From Bacteroidales bacterium (GTDB lineage Bacteria > Bacteroidota > Bacteroidia > Bacteroidales > NBLH01): a stretch of DNA of 64,000 nucleotides. The stretch spans positions 371,385 to 435,384 of the forward strand of contig JAXLTR010000005.1 of assembly GCA_046329965.1 (NCBI GenBank). Direction: 5' to 3'. The position numbers were made by a program, and so were the translations under genes. Every line of letters begins with the position of its first letter. Within the stretch, counting starts at the first letter, position 1. Below are positions 1 through 8,259 of this stretch, piece by piece. Below the pieces are notes generated by a model that worked only from the letters and a program-made list of their open reading frames with translations, did not search any database and was not told where the DNA came from.

Positions 1-289
1 ATCTGATTTGAAAAACAAAATTAGTCTGGAGAAATTATTAAGCCAGATTACAGTTAACAAATTCATTCCTGTAAGTTTCGGTACCGATACAGTATTTATA
101 ACCAAATCGCTTGTAAAAGAGGCAGATACCTTGTACACTGGTGAGCTTTGCTGGTCATTCCCGGGGAACCAGGGAAAAGGGTATACAAAATATATTTGTA
201 CAAGGCAACCAAAAAATTTTGGTCAGAAACAGTATTTTATCTGGACGGTTAAATTCAGGGAAATAATATGTTTAAATTCAACGCATTAA
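1..289 (+). CDS. edge ORF, hypothetical protein (possibly the 3' part of a gene that starts upstream of the window)
   Basis: Six-frame ORF 8..289 (93 aa), frame open to the window edge. No recognisable motif. Confidence 0.2.
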   Translation, partial: SDLKNKISLEKLLSQITVNKFIPVSFGTDTVFITKSLVKEADTLYTGELCWSFPGNQGKGYTKYICTRQPKNFGQKQYFIWTVKFREIICLNSTH

Positions 290-340
290 CCACGATTTGC
301 GCGATGCGAAAACATGATCTTATTTGTCAGGATTTACTTT

Positions 341-2563
341 TCAGTTTTTTGTACCCCATTTTTTATCAGGCCTCTCTCCCATCACAAGCTCCAGTTTGCC
401 TCCCTGCATAATATCAGTATGTTTGATAAAAGGCACATTTAAATCCTTTCCATTCAGCCTGGCAGATTGTATGTATTTGTTCTTTTTTGAGCAGGTTTTA
501 GCCTTTATAACAAATTTTTTTCCATCGGGCAGGATAATCTCCACTGATTCAAAAATCGGACTTCCAATGGCGTATTCTCCGCTTCCGGGTGTAACCGGAA
601 AAAATCCCATGGCCGAAAAAACGAACCACGAACACAACCCGCCTCCATCTTCATCGCCGGGTATGCCTAAAGGTCTGTCGTCGAACCACATGTCCATTAT
701 TTCGCGAACCCGGCGTTGGGTCTTCCAAGGTTCACAGGCATAATTGTACAGGTAAGGAATGTGCATGGAAGGTTCATTGCCGGCAACAAATTGTCCATTA
801 AGCCCAGTGGCATCAGGAAACTGACCCATAAATTGCCATTTCGAAATCCGTGTTGCTTCATTGAATAAAAGGTCGAGACGGTTTACAAAAACTTCGTTAC
901 CTCCCAGTAAATCAATTAATTCATGAATATTATGGGGTACAAAAAAATTCCAGGTCCAGGCATTGTTTTCAGCATAATACATACGTGCACCCACACCTCC
1001 CGAAAGTTGCGGATCGAAAGGCGTTATAAATTTTCCATTTTCCATTTTAGGCGCAAAAAAGCCATTGTTTGGATTGAAAAGGTTTTTGTAATTCTCTGAT
1101 CTTTTCATGAAATAATTGTAATCGTCTGTTTTACCCAGGGTTTTTGCCAGCTGAGCAAGGCACCAGTCGTCGTAACTGTGCTCAAGGGTTACCGCCACTG
1201 ATTGTCGCTTTTCAAAACCATCCACCATCGAAACAGATTCAACACTGTCGGCAGGAAGCGCGGGGAAATATCCGTTTGCCAGGTAGAAACTGTCGAGCCG
1301 GCACATAGGGCCCGAACGCCAGGGCAGCATGGTGGCATGGAGTGCATTTTTCCTCAATCCTTCGTAAGCCTTTTCAACATTAAAATTTCTGATTCCCTTC
1401 TGGTAGCAGTCCCAGACAAGGGCAGCAGAATGGAATCCAATCATGGCCGGAAAATCGCCGTACACCTGGGGAAAACCCGGCATCCAGCCACTTTGTTCAT
1501 ACATCAGGGTATACGAATTCACCATATCCGATTGTAAATCAGGGTTCAGAATGGTCATTAACGGGTGCAGCGAACGGTAGGTATCCCACAACCAGTCGTC
1601 CACAAAAAAAGCCCTGCCATTGTCGTTGTGTACCTTATCATCGAAACCACTGAAATATTTTCCTTCTTCCGAAATGTTCACCATACGCTCATAACATCGG
1701 TAAAGCGAAGTATAGAAAATTCTTTTTTGCCTTTCGGTTCCCCCTTTTACAATAATTTTTCCAAGCGACTGCTGCCATTCTTTTTGGCTTGCTGATTTTA
1801 TTTTTTCAAATTTTATACCACTGGTTTCGCTGTGCAGGTTTCTGGCAGCCTGTTCTTCGCTGATGTATGATATTCCAATCCTGATTTCAACTGGTTTTTC
1901 AGTTTTACCAAAATTCAGGAACAGGCCAACATGTGTACCTGAAATTTCGCTTCCCTGGTTTATTTTATTTGCGGCAATTGTTCCCGAACTTTGCAACGGC
2001 TGGCTTATTTCGGCATGAAAATATTGTTTTATATTTTCAAATTCTTCCCAACCGTGTACCCTGTCGTTTTCGAGTTTTAAAAAAGCCTTGTCATTAGACC
2101 TGAAAATCAAAGAACACGAATCGGCCTTGTTGTAATCGAACCTGTAAATAACAGCTTTTTCAGTGGTGGTCCAGTCGGCAGTGATATTGTAATCTTCGAG
2201 AAAAACCCTGTGGTACCAGGGATGAACTTCTTCCAAATCATGATCGTAAACCGAAGCAGTTTCATCGCGTGTGGTTTTTAATTTCCCGGTAAGGGGCATT
2301 ATCTCGGTTACTTGACTATTGCGGTAAGCTGGCATATTTAGCGCGAAGCCATAAATTTTATCGCTGAGGTACCTGTCGTTAAGTCCGGGCCGGGTAACCG
2401 GAAAAACCCTCACCATGCTGTTGGGCCTGTGAACCGTGGGTGCTTTGGTGGTAAGCAGTGGTGCAACAGTGCCAATATTGGGATCGACTAATTGGGTTAC
2501 GTCATTGCCGGAACAGGTAAGCAAAAATGCCAAAACCGGTAAGATAAAGTATTTTGTATTCAT
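341..2563 (-). CDS. glycoside hydrolase family 92-like protein (putative alpha-mannosidase), secreted
   Basis: 740-aa ORF with N-terminal signal peptide. Blocks VDPNIGT, YDHDLEEVHPWYHRV and DDWLWDTYRSLHPL resemble conserved GH92 blocks (NPFIGT, Y.H..E.A.PGYY.V, WDTYRA.HPL). Family-level call only. Confidence 0.5.
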   Translation of the reverse strand: MNTKYFILPVLAFLLTCSGNDVTQLVDPNIGTVAPLLTTKAPTVHRPNSMVRVFPVTRPGLNDRYLSDKIYGFALNMPAYRNSQVTEIMPLTGKLKTTRDETASVYDHDLEEVHPWYHRVFLEDYNITADWTTTEKAVIYRFDYNKADSCSLIFRSNDKAFLKLENDRVHGWEEFENIKQYFHAEISQPLQSSGTIAANKINQGSEISGTHVGLFLNFGKTEKPVEIRIGISYISEEQAARNLHSETSGIKFEKIKSASQKEWQQSLGKIIVKGGTERQKRIFYTSLYRCYERMVNISEEGKYFSGFDDKVHNDNGRAFFVDDWLWDTYRSLHPLMTILNPDLQSDMVNSYTLMYEQSGWMPGFPQVYGDFPAMIGFHSAALVWDCYQKGIRNFNVEKAYEGLRKNALHATMLPWRSGPMCRLDSFYLANGYFPALPADSVESVSMVDGFEKRQSVAVTLEHSYDDWCLAQLAKTLGKTDDYNYFMKRSENYKNLFNPNNGFFAPKMENGKFITPFDPQLSGGVGARMYYAENNAWTWNFFVPHNIHELIDLLGGNEVFVNRLDLLFNEATRISKWQFMGQFPDATGLNGQFVAGNEPSMHIPYLYNYACEPWKTQRRVREIMDMWFDDRPLGIPGDEDGGGLCSWFVFSAMGFFPVTPGSGEYAIGSPIFESVEIILPDGKKFVIKAKTCSKKNKYIQSARLNGKDLNVPFIKHTDIMQGGKLELVMGERPDKKWGTKN

Positions 2564-2719
2564 AATTAAAATTTGTAGTTCCTGAAATCCTGCTTAACCT
2601 GGTTATAGACTAAATATTCTGAAGAACAGGATGTAACTACAAATTTAAGCAAAGAATTTGATTTGTTCCGGTTTGGACCAAATTAAAAGATCAAACATTG
2701 CCTGTGAATGCCCAAAGAA

Positions 2720-3679
2720 TTATTCTTCGATAAATACCGGTGATAATTGTGATTTATAAGTGGTGTCGGTTAATTGTTTTTTCTCTTTGGTTTCCCAGTT
2801 CATGAGTGTGATATGGAATTGACTTTCTTTATTGTCGGAACTGTTAAAAACAAGCCATTTCCCATCGGGACTCCAGTCGTGCCAACCTTCTGAATCCGGA
2901 TTATCGATAAGTTTCCATTGTTTTTTGCCGTCGGGGGTTATGGCAAAAATACTGTGCCGGCCATCCTGCATCGAAACATAGGAAATGAAATTTTCTGTAG
3001 GGTGCCAGCGTGCCGAACCCGCCCTGTAACCGTAATCTTTTGCAGACGGGTTATTTTCAGGATAATGTGTAAGTTGGGTAAGTCTGCTGCCGTCTTCGTT
3101 CATCAGGTACAATTCTTCATGAGTGGCCCTGTCTCTCCTTTTTTTCTTGTAACTGAACACAATTTTTTTTCCATCGGGTGAAAAACAGGGATCACGGAAT
3201 AAGGCTGCGGTATCGTTTGTAATTTGCCTGTAATTGCCTGTTTTTGTGTTAATAATAAAAAACTGAAACCGGACTTCTTTTCCTTTTCTTCCGGCAACTA
3301 CTATTTCTTCACCGTTGTTTCTGCAACTCATCCAGCTGTCTTCTAATTGCAATTGGCTGATTTTCTTTACATTGTTCCCATTGGCGTCCGTTTCGTAAAG
3401 GAAAAAACAGCGGTAACAGGTATCGCGATCACTAATAAAGAACAAACGGTTTTTATAAGCAGTATAAGTCCAGGCCACGTCATCGTTATTGAGAATGTTT
3501 TTCTTTCCCGATCCATCAAAGTTCATTTTTATAATTTCCCAATCGTCTTTGGTGGTATCAGGCAAATGAATGTTGTAGGCGATGCTTAATTTTTTCGTAT
3601 TGCTTTTTATTATTATTTGGGCTGTTCCGACTGAATAGAACAGAAAACAAATTGAAAACAAGGCCAGTATTTTCTTCAT
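2720..3679 (-). CDS. PD40/TolB-like WD40 beta-propeller repeat protein, secreted
   Basis: 319 aa with signal peptide. Repeated SPDGKK/SPDGKWLVF-type PD40 motifs. 4-nt ATGA overlap with the downstream gene. Confidence 0.6.
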   Translation of the reverse strand: MKKILALFSICFLFYSVGTAQIIIKSNTKKLSIAYNIHLPDTTKDDWEIIKMNFDGSGKKNILNNDDVAWTYTAYKNRLFFISDRDTCYRCFFLYETDANGNNVKKISQLQLEDSWMSCRNNGEEIVVAGRKGKEVRFQFFIINTKTGNYRQITNDTAALFRDPCFSPDGKKIVFSYKKKRRDRATHEELYLMNEDGSRLTQLTHYPENNPSAKDYGYRAGSARWHPTENFISYVSMQDGRHSIFAITPDGKKQWKLIDNPDSEGWHDWSPDGKWLVFNSSDNKESQFHITLMNWETKEKKQLTDTTYKSQLSPVFIEE

Positions 3680-4251
3680 GATTTATGTGTTCGTTTATAG
3701 GATATGCTTAAAAGTTCCATTGCACTTTCATTCAGCTGATTTGCTTCTTTAATAATAATCATGTGCGAAATGCGCGGCATTGGGCCTGTAAGTTTTGATT
3801 TTTGAATGCTTTCATTAAATTGTAAATCACCTAAATCAAGCCCCAACCTAATTTCGCCGGGTTTTACATTTATGGCCGCAAATTCCCGGATTGCAGTAAA
3901 TGAGAAATACGTTTTTTTAGGAATTAATTGTGTTCCATTAAAGGATGAAATGATTTTTCCGGAAATAAGGTCAAACAACGGGCGCATTTCAGGGCATTTT
4001 GTAAACTGGTTTTCGATCAGGGCATTTGGATTGTTATAAACAGGATTTCCATTGTTAAGGTAGATTCCGGCAATAAATTGAGACTGCATATGGTTTAATT
4101 TGTGTACCTTTTTTAACCATTCAAGAATTTCGTTACTTTTTTGCATTCCTGTTGCCTTAACGAGTAAGAGCCATTCTTGCAAAGAATTACCCGTAACCGA
4201 TTTTGCAGTTTCAATAAATTCTTTTTCCAATTCTGCTGATGTTTTTGCCAT
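3676..4251 (-). CDS. DUF4287/DUF5655 domain protein
   Basis: 191-aa ORF. N-terminal MAKTSAELEKEFIETAKSVTG segment is typical of DUF4287-family proteins. Function unknown. Confidence 0.5.
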   Translation of the reverse strand: MAKTSAELEKEFIETAKSVTGNSLQEWLLLVKATGMQKSNEILEWLKKVHKLNHMQSQFIAGIYLNNGNPVYNNPNALIENQFTKCPEMRPLFDLISGKIISSFNGTQLIPKKTYFSFTAIREFAAINVKPGEIRLGLDLGDLQFNESIQKSKLTGPMPRISHMIIIKEANQLNESAMELLSISYKRTHKS

Positions 4252-4270
4252 GATTTTAATTTTTACAAAT

Positions 4271-4419
4271 CAACGTCGTTTAGTTAGTAAAACATCTTAT
4301 TTCAATTAATAATTGGTGTATCTATCTTGGTGTATTGGGGATTTTGTGGCCCTATATTATGCCACCAAAACACTAAAACACCAAATTTTCACCAAAAATT
4401 TCTTAACTAAACAGCATTG
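4271..4419 (+). mobile_element. MITE-like element copy A (diverged), 149 bp, flanked by perfect 10-bp direct repeat TTTTACAAAT (4261-4270 and 4420-4429)
   Basis: Termini caacgtcgtttag ... ctaaacagcattg are imperfect 13-bp inverted repeats. The internal hairpin GTGGC-N10-GCCAC and CACCAAA(T) direct repeats are shared with copies B and C. Lies 9 bp upstream of the start codon of the 3676..4251 gene. Confidence 0.65.
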
Positions 4420-4431
4420 TTTTACAAATTC

Positions 4432-5316
4432 TTATTTCTGTGGTTTGAATTCTAAAATTTCATCGCGTTTTGGAGATGAAACGTATTGTTTTTTATTTTT
4501 CCCTTTTTTATCCATTATCCAAATATCAGAATTTTCTGCTACCCTTGTATATGCAATATATTTGCCGTCGGGTGTCCAGCGGGGCCATCGGTTATCCAAT
4601 GTATCAGAAGTTAATTGTTTAATATTACTTCCATCCGTATCCATCATATAAATATCAGCTTTCCCATTTAAAAAATAATGACAAACCAACTTTTTACCGT
4701 CGGGTGAAATATCTAAAGCTCCGTCATTTCCAATTCTGTTCGTTATTCTTGTGTGGTAACTTCCTGATGTATCAGTAACAAATATTTCGCTGTTTGTTAT
4801 ATTATTGGCAGTATCTTTATCCATAAAAGAAGAATAAAATATTCTTACTCCATCGGGATGGAAAGTAGCCGACCCGTCTAACCTGTCGTTGTTTGTTATT
4901 CTGGTCGTTTTTTTTGTGGCCAAGTTGGTTAAATAAATTTCATTTTGTTTGTGATCGGCATTTGAAACATATAAAATACATTTTTCATCCGGAGAGAATG
5001 AAGGTCCGTATTGGTTTATCGTGTCATTGGTTAATCTTTCAGTAGATTTGGTATCCGTATTATACAGAAAAAGATCATATTGTTTGTTAATTAGTTTTGC
5101 AAACAGGATAAACTGCCCGTCCGGACTCCATTTGATTCCGTAATCCACAGGTTTATCATTGGTTATATTAACCGATTCGTTATTGACGGATGAAACATAA
5201 ATATCGGAATTTCCGTTTCTATCAGAAAAAAAGGCATATTCGTATTTGATTGTACCGCAGGATACAAAGAATAAAAATCCTATAACGGACAGATATTCAA
5301 TTCGTTTTTTCAACAT
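4432..5316 (-). CDS. PD40/TolB-like beta-propeller repeat protein, secreted
   Basis: 294 aa with signal peptide. Repeated DISPDGKK / WSPDGQ / WTPDGKY PD40 motifs. Confidence 0.6.
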   Translation of the reverse strand: MLKKRIEYLSVIGFLFFVSCGTIKYEYAFFSDRNGNSDIYVSSVNNESVNITNDKPVDYGIKWSPDGQFILFAKLINKQYDLFLYNTDTKSTERLTNDTINQYGPSFSPDEKCILYVSNADHKQNEIYLTNLATKKTTRITNNDRLDGSATFHPDGVRIFYSSFMDKDTANNITNSEIFVTDTSGSYHTRITNRIGNDGALDISPDGKKLVCHYFLNGKADIYMMDTDGSNIKQLTSDTLDNRWPRWTPDGKYIAYTRVAENSDIWIMDKKGKNKKQYVSSPKRDEILEFKPQK

Positions 5317-5331
5317 TTTACTTTAATTAAA

Positions 5332-5742
5332 TTATCGCCAGGCTCCTAATATAAAGCCTATTAATGTAAAATAAACGGTAATATAACCCCCGTTTATTAA
5401 AATATACTTCCACGAGCGTTGCTCAAACAGGGCTACTACAGCAAATATTAAAGCAGAAAATCCAAATCCGGCAAGAAAACCTGCCATTGCACCCCAACTG
5501 GCAGTGGTTTTATCATCACCCAGAAAAAAAGCAAGGTTGTAACTAATTATAAGAGAAAGAATAAAACTAATACCATACGTTTTAGCCAGGTTAAATTTTT
5601 GTTTTACAATTTCTTCTGTCAAGTTGTTTTCTTTCATCCATGCTTTGTAAAAAAGCAAAGGGGAATACCAGATTGCCCCCACTACCAGGTTGGATGCAGC
5701 GCAAACCAGCACTGCCCAATGATTAATGTACATATTTTCCAT
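5332..5742 (-). CDS. DUF1761 family membrane protein
   Basis: 136 aa with 4 predicted TM segments. Begins MENMYINHWAVLV..GAIWYSPLLF, characteristic of DUF1761. Confidence 0.5.
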   Translation of the reverse strand: MENMYINHWAVLVCAASNLVVGAIWYSPLLFYKAWMKENNLTEEIVKQKFNLAKTYGISFILSLIISYNLAFFLGDDKTTASWGAMAGFLAGFGFSALIFAVVALFEQRSWKYILINGGYITVYFTLIGFILGAWR

Positions 5743-5810
5743 GGTTCTATGATTAAATTTATTTTCAAAAATAGCAGTATATGATAAAGAAATATTGGAA
5801 AAAATTTACC

Positions 5811-6629
5811 TCATCCTACAGCAATATAATTGGTAAATTCACTTTGCATTTTAAGGTACTGATTTGGTGTAAATCCCGAAAACGCTTTGAAATCATTAAT
5901 AAAATGGGCCTGGTCATAATATCCGCTTTCAAATGCAATTTCTGTCCAGTCAGCGAATTTTTTGGCTTCAATTTCCCTTATGGCTTTCTGAAAACGGATA
6001 ATTTTCAAAAACGATTTTGGTGTTAAACCAACATTTTCCCTGAATATTTTGATAAAATGTTTTTGCGAATACCCGACTTTACCTGATAAATGGCTGATTG
6101 ATAGCTGATGAGGGTTTTTTAAAATCAGGTTTACCGAGTAGTCTATAAACGGATTTAGAACCAATTTGCCGGCAAAAGATTTTGTAAGATATTTTTCAGC
6201 AAACTGAAACTTTTGCTGAGCTGTTGAACATTCAAGTAAAGTTTCGCGCATGTTCAGAATTTCATTCGACATCACCAGTTCACCGTCCACGACAAAATCA
6301 GTGAGTTCGTTCATGGGCATTTCCACAAAGGGATAAGCTTTGCCTTTTTGAAAATAGATAATGAACATCTCGCTGTCGCGTCCCGAAGGAATAGTAATAT
6401 ATTTTTCACGAATTCCTGAAAACCAGACATTTCTGCACGACTGGATTTCTTTTAAAGAGTTGTTGTCGTAAATGTATTTGGGGTAATCGGTAAGGTCAAA
6501 AACAACATAGGTATATCCGTCAGGCAAAAACCGGTCTACCGAATGTTCGGGGTTATATCCTTTATAATAAACAAAATGCTCAATAAAATGATTAAGAGGT
6601 GGCGCCGGTATGTAATTTTCGAATATCAA
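5811..6629 (-). CDS. AraC family transcriptional regulator
   Basis: 272 aa. C-terminal HTH_AraC signature (HFIKIFRENVGLTPKSFLKIIRFQKAIREIE ... YDQAHFINDFKAFSGFTP). Confidence 0.75.
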   Translation of the reverse strand: MIFENYIPAPPLNHFIEHFVYYKGYNPEHSVDRFLPDGYTYVVFDLTDYPKYIYDNNSLKEIQSCRNVWFSGIREKYITIPSGRDSEMFIIYFQKGKAYPFVEMPMNELTDFVVDGELVMSNEILNMRETLLECSTAQQKFQFAEKYLTKSFAGKLVLNPFIDYSVNLILKNPHQLSISHLSGKVGYSQKHFIKIFRENVGLTPKSFLKIIRFQKAIREIEAKKFADWTEIAFESGYYDQAHFINDFKAFSGFTPNQYLKMQSEFTNYIAVG

Positions 6630-6691
6630 ATATCAGTTAATTGTTTGGTTATAAATTTAAAGATACTAAAAATACTATTAATACTTCCCAT

Positions 6692-8257
6692 TCAAGGCCG
6701 GTTATTCTTCAAACACCTGACAGATAAGAATAATTCTTTTAGGATTGCAGTTAACCCGGCTCCCTTATAATTTAAAGTTTCGGTCGGACGGTAAACATTT
6801 AAATACCAAGCGGTATTTTTAACTACAACATTGTCGTCAGATTCAGTCCAAAAACAGGCAAGAGTATTTAATCCAGATATTATGTCTACTATGACATACC
6901 CTGCAAACCGAACTGAAAATTGAGAGAGCCCCCCTTCATTAAGGACTTCAAATAATTCAGCCTGGTTGGATATCCCACCCAACTGGTCTAATAGTAACTG
7001 AAAATCTGATTTCGCAGGTAATTTCCAGCCTGGTGGACAAACCTGTTGGGCTGTTTCCCAGTTATACCAATACCCATATTTCTTTAAATCATCAGGATTT
7101 TTAGATTTAACCCAGCCATTTGTGCTCTGGTAAGCCAGATTTTCAGCCATCCATACCTGACCACCAATTTTTACCACTTTGTATTGCTTTCCATCCCGAG
7201 GGTCGATTAATTTTTCATTAAGAATTGTCCCTTTCCTGCTTTTGGCCATTAAATTTGTGAACCGGTTTTGAATGATGACAAAATTTTTACGAAATGGTTC
7301 AGAACCCCTTATTTCAAGGATATGTTTCCCCGGAGCCAAATTATTTATGGTCAGTGTCCGTTTTTCATCAGTAACATCCCCATGTTTTATACTGTCAATG
7401 AAAACCTCCCCTGTTATTTCAGATTCAAATTTTAAACCCATGGTTGACTTTTCAGTATTATCATAAATGTTCCCCTGCTGGTTTTCGATTTCATTACTGA
7501 TTACAGAAGCTGATTTTTTAGTGAAGTAAAATTCCCCTGTCAGTTTGGTCCATTCCTGTGGACTTTGGTTTCCCCCACTGGCTTTTTGCACATCCACACG
7601 GGTATTTTTAAAAACTGTTTCAATGGGGATAGGTTTTGAAAGGTGTTTCACCAGTTTTTCGGTGAAAAGCCCGTTGCTCCCTTCGCCATCACTGGCGGTG
7701 GCCCCTTCGCTGGTGGCAAAAGCTATAATAGTGCCACTTCCCGGGTTCATGGCCTTAAATCCCCTTGCCCCACTCCTTGCCCACGAACGGAATGGGTTAT
7801 TCCGGCAGGCATCCAGTATAACGATATTTGTATTTTGAGGATATTCTTCAAATTTTGATACCACTTCATTTACCGAAATAGCCTCAAAACTTACCATGTC
7901 CTGGGTATTCATGGTGGCATCAACCGGTATAAGGTAATTTACCCCGTTTACCTGTACACCGTGCCCTGCATAGAAAAACAAAGCCACATTGTAATTGCCA
8001 AGCTTGGACCAGAAATCGGTAATGGCTTGGGCCATTTGGGTCCGATTGGCATTTATCTTTTTAATTACTGTAAATCCAAGGCCCTGAAGGGTGGAAGCCA
8101 TCAGGTTGGCATCGTTCACCGGATTTTTAAGGGGTGCGTTATTATAGGTGTTGTTTCCAATAATTAAAGCAATGCGTTTTTCAATATTTTGGGAAAAACT
8201 ACTGATAATTATAAAAAAAAATACTGATAAACTAACAAATTTTTTCATTCCACTCAA
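6692..8257 (-). CDS. secreted caspase-family (peptidase C14) protein fused to a C-terminal Fibrobacter-succinogenes-major-paralogous (FISUMP) domain
   Basis: 521 aa with signal peptide. Caspase His/Cys dyad context FFYAGHGVQ ... IVILDACRNNPF. C-terminal KIGGQVWMAENLAY ... YNWETA ... CPPGWKLP motif typical of the TIGR02145-type FISUMP domain. Confidence 0.7.
   Translation of the reverse strand: MSGMKKFVSLSVFFFIIISSFSQNIEKRIALIIGNNTYNNAPLKNPVNDANLMASTLQGLGFTVIKKINANRTQMAQAITDFWSKLGNYNVALFFYAGHGVQVNGVNYLIPVDATMNTQDMVSFEAISVNEVVSKFEEYPQNTNIVILDACRNNPFRSWARSGARGFKAMNPGSGTIIAFATSEGATASDGEGSNGLFTEKLVKHLSKPIPIETVFKNTRVDVQKASGGNQSPQEWTKLTGEFYFTKKSASVISNEIENQQGNIYDNTEKSTMGLKFESEITGEVFIDSIKHGDVTDEKRTLTINNLAPGKHILEIRGSEPFRKNFVIIQNRFTNLMAKSRKGTILNEKLIDPRDGKQYKVVKIGGQVWMAENLAYQSTNGWVKSKNPDDLKKYGYWYNWETAQQVCPPGWKLPAKSDFQLLLDQLGGISNQAELFEVLNEGGLSQFSVRFAGYVIVDIISGLNTLACFWTESDDNVVVKNTAWYLNVYRPTETLNYKGAGLTAILKELFLSVRCLKNNRP
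7530..8257. repeat. duplicated ~730-bp segment (caspase-domain coding region), copy 1 of 2
   Basis: Roughly 90% nucleotide identity to 9030..9756 by direct comparison. Identity drops abruptly upstream of 7530/9030. Confidence 0.8.
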
Positions 8258-8259
8258 TT

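Noticed and set aside
1202-1795. Antisense ORFs inside the GH92-like gene (1202..1537, 1565..1795). Similar short antisense ORFs occur inside other long genes (for example 18762..19079, 19434..19982, 27068..27925, 42079..42513, 54522..55240, 56543..56946).
   Set aside because: All are fully embedded in longer, well-supported genes on the opposite strand. They have no motifs and are typical six-frame noise in AT-rich DNA.
7545-7838. Plus-strand ORFs 7545..7838, 7643..7858, 9047..9439 and 9337..9726 with near-identical translations
   Set aside because: They lie antisense inside the two caspase genes. Their similarity to each other simply reflects the ~90% identical duplicated DNA. They are not independent genes.
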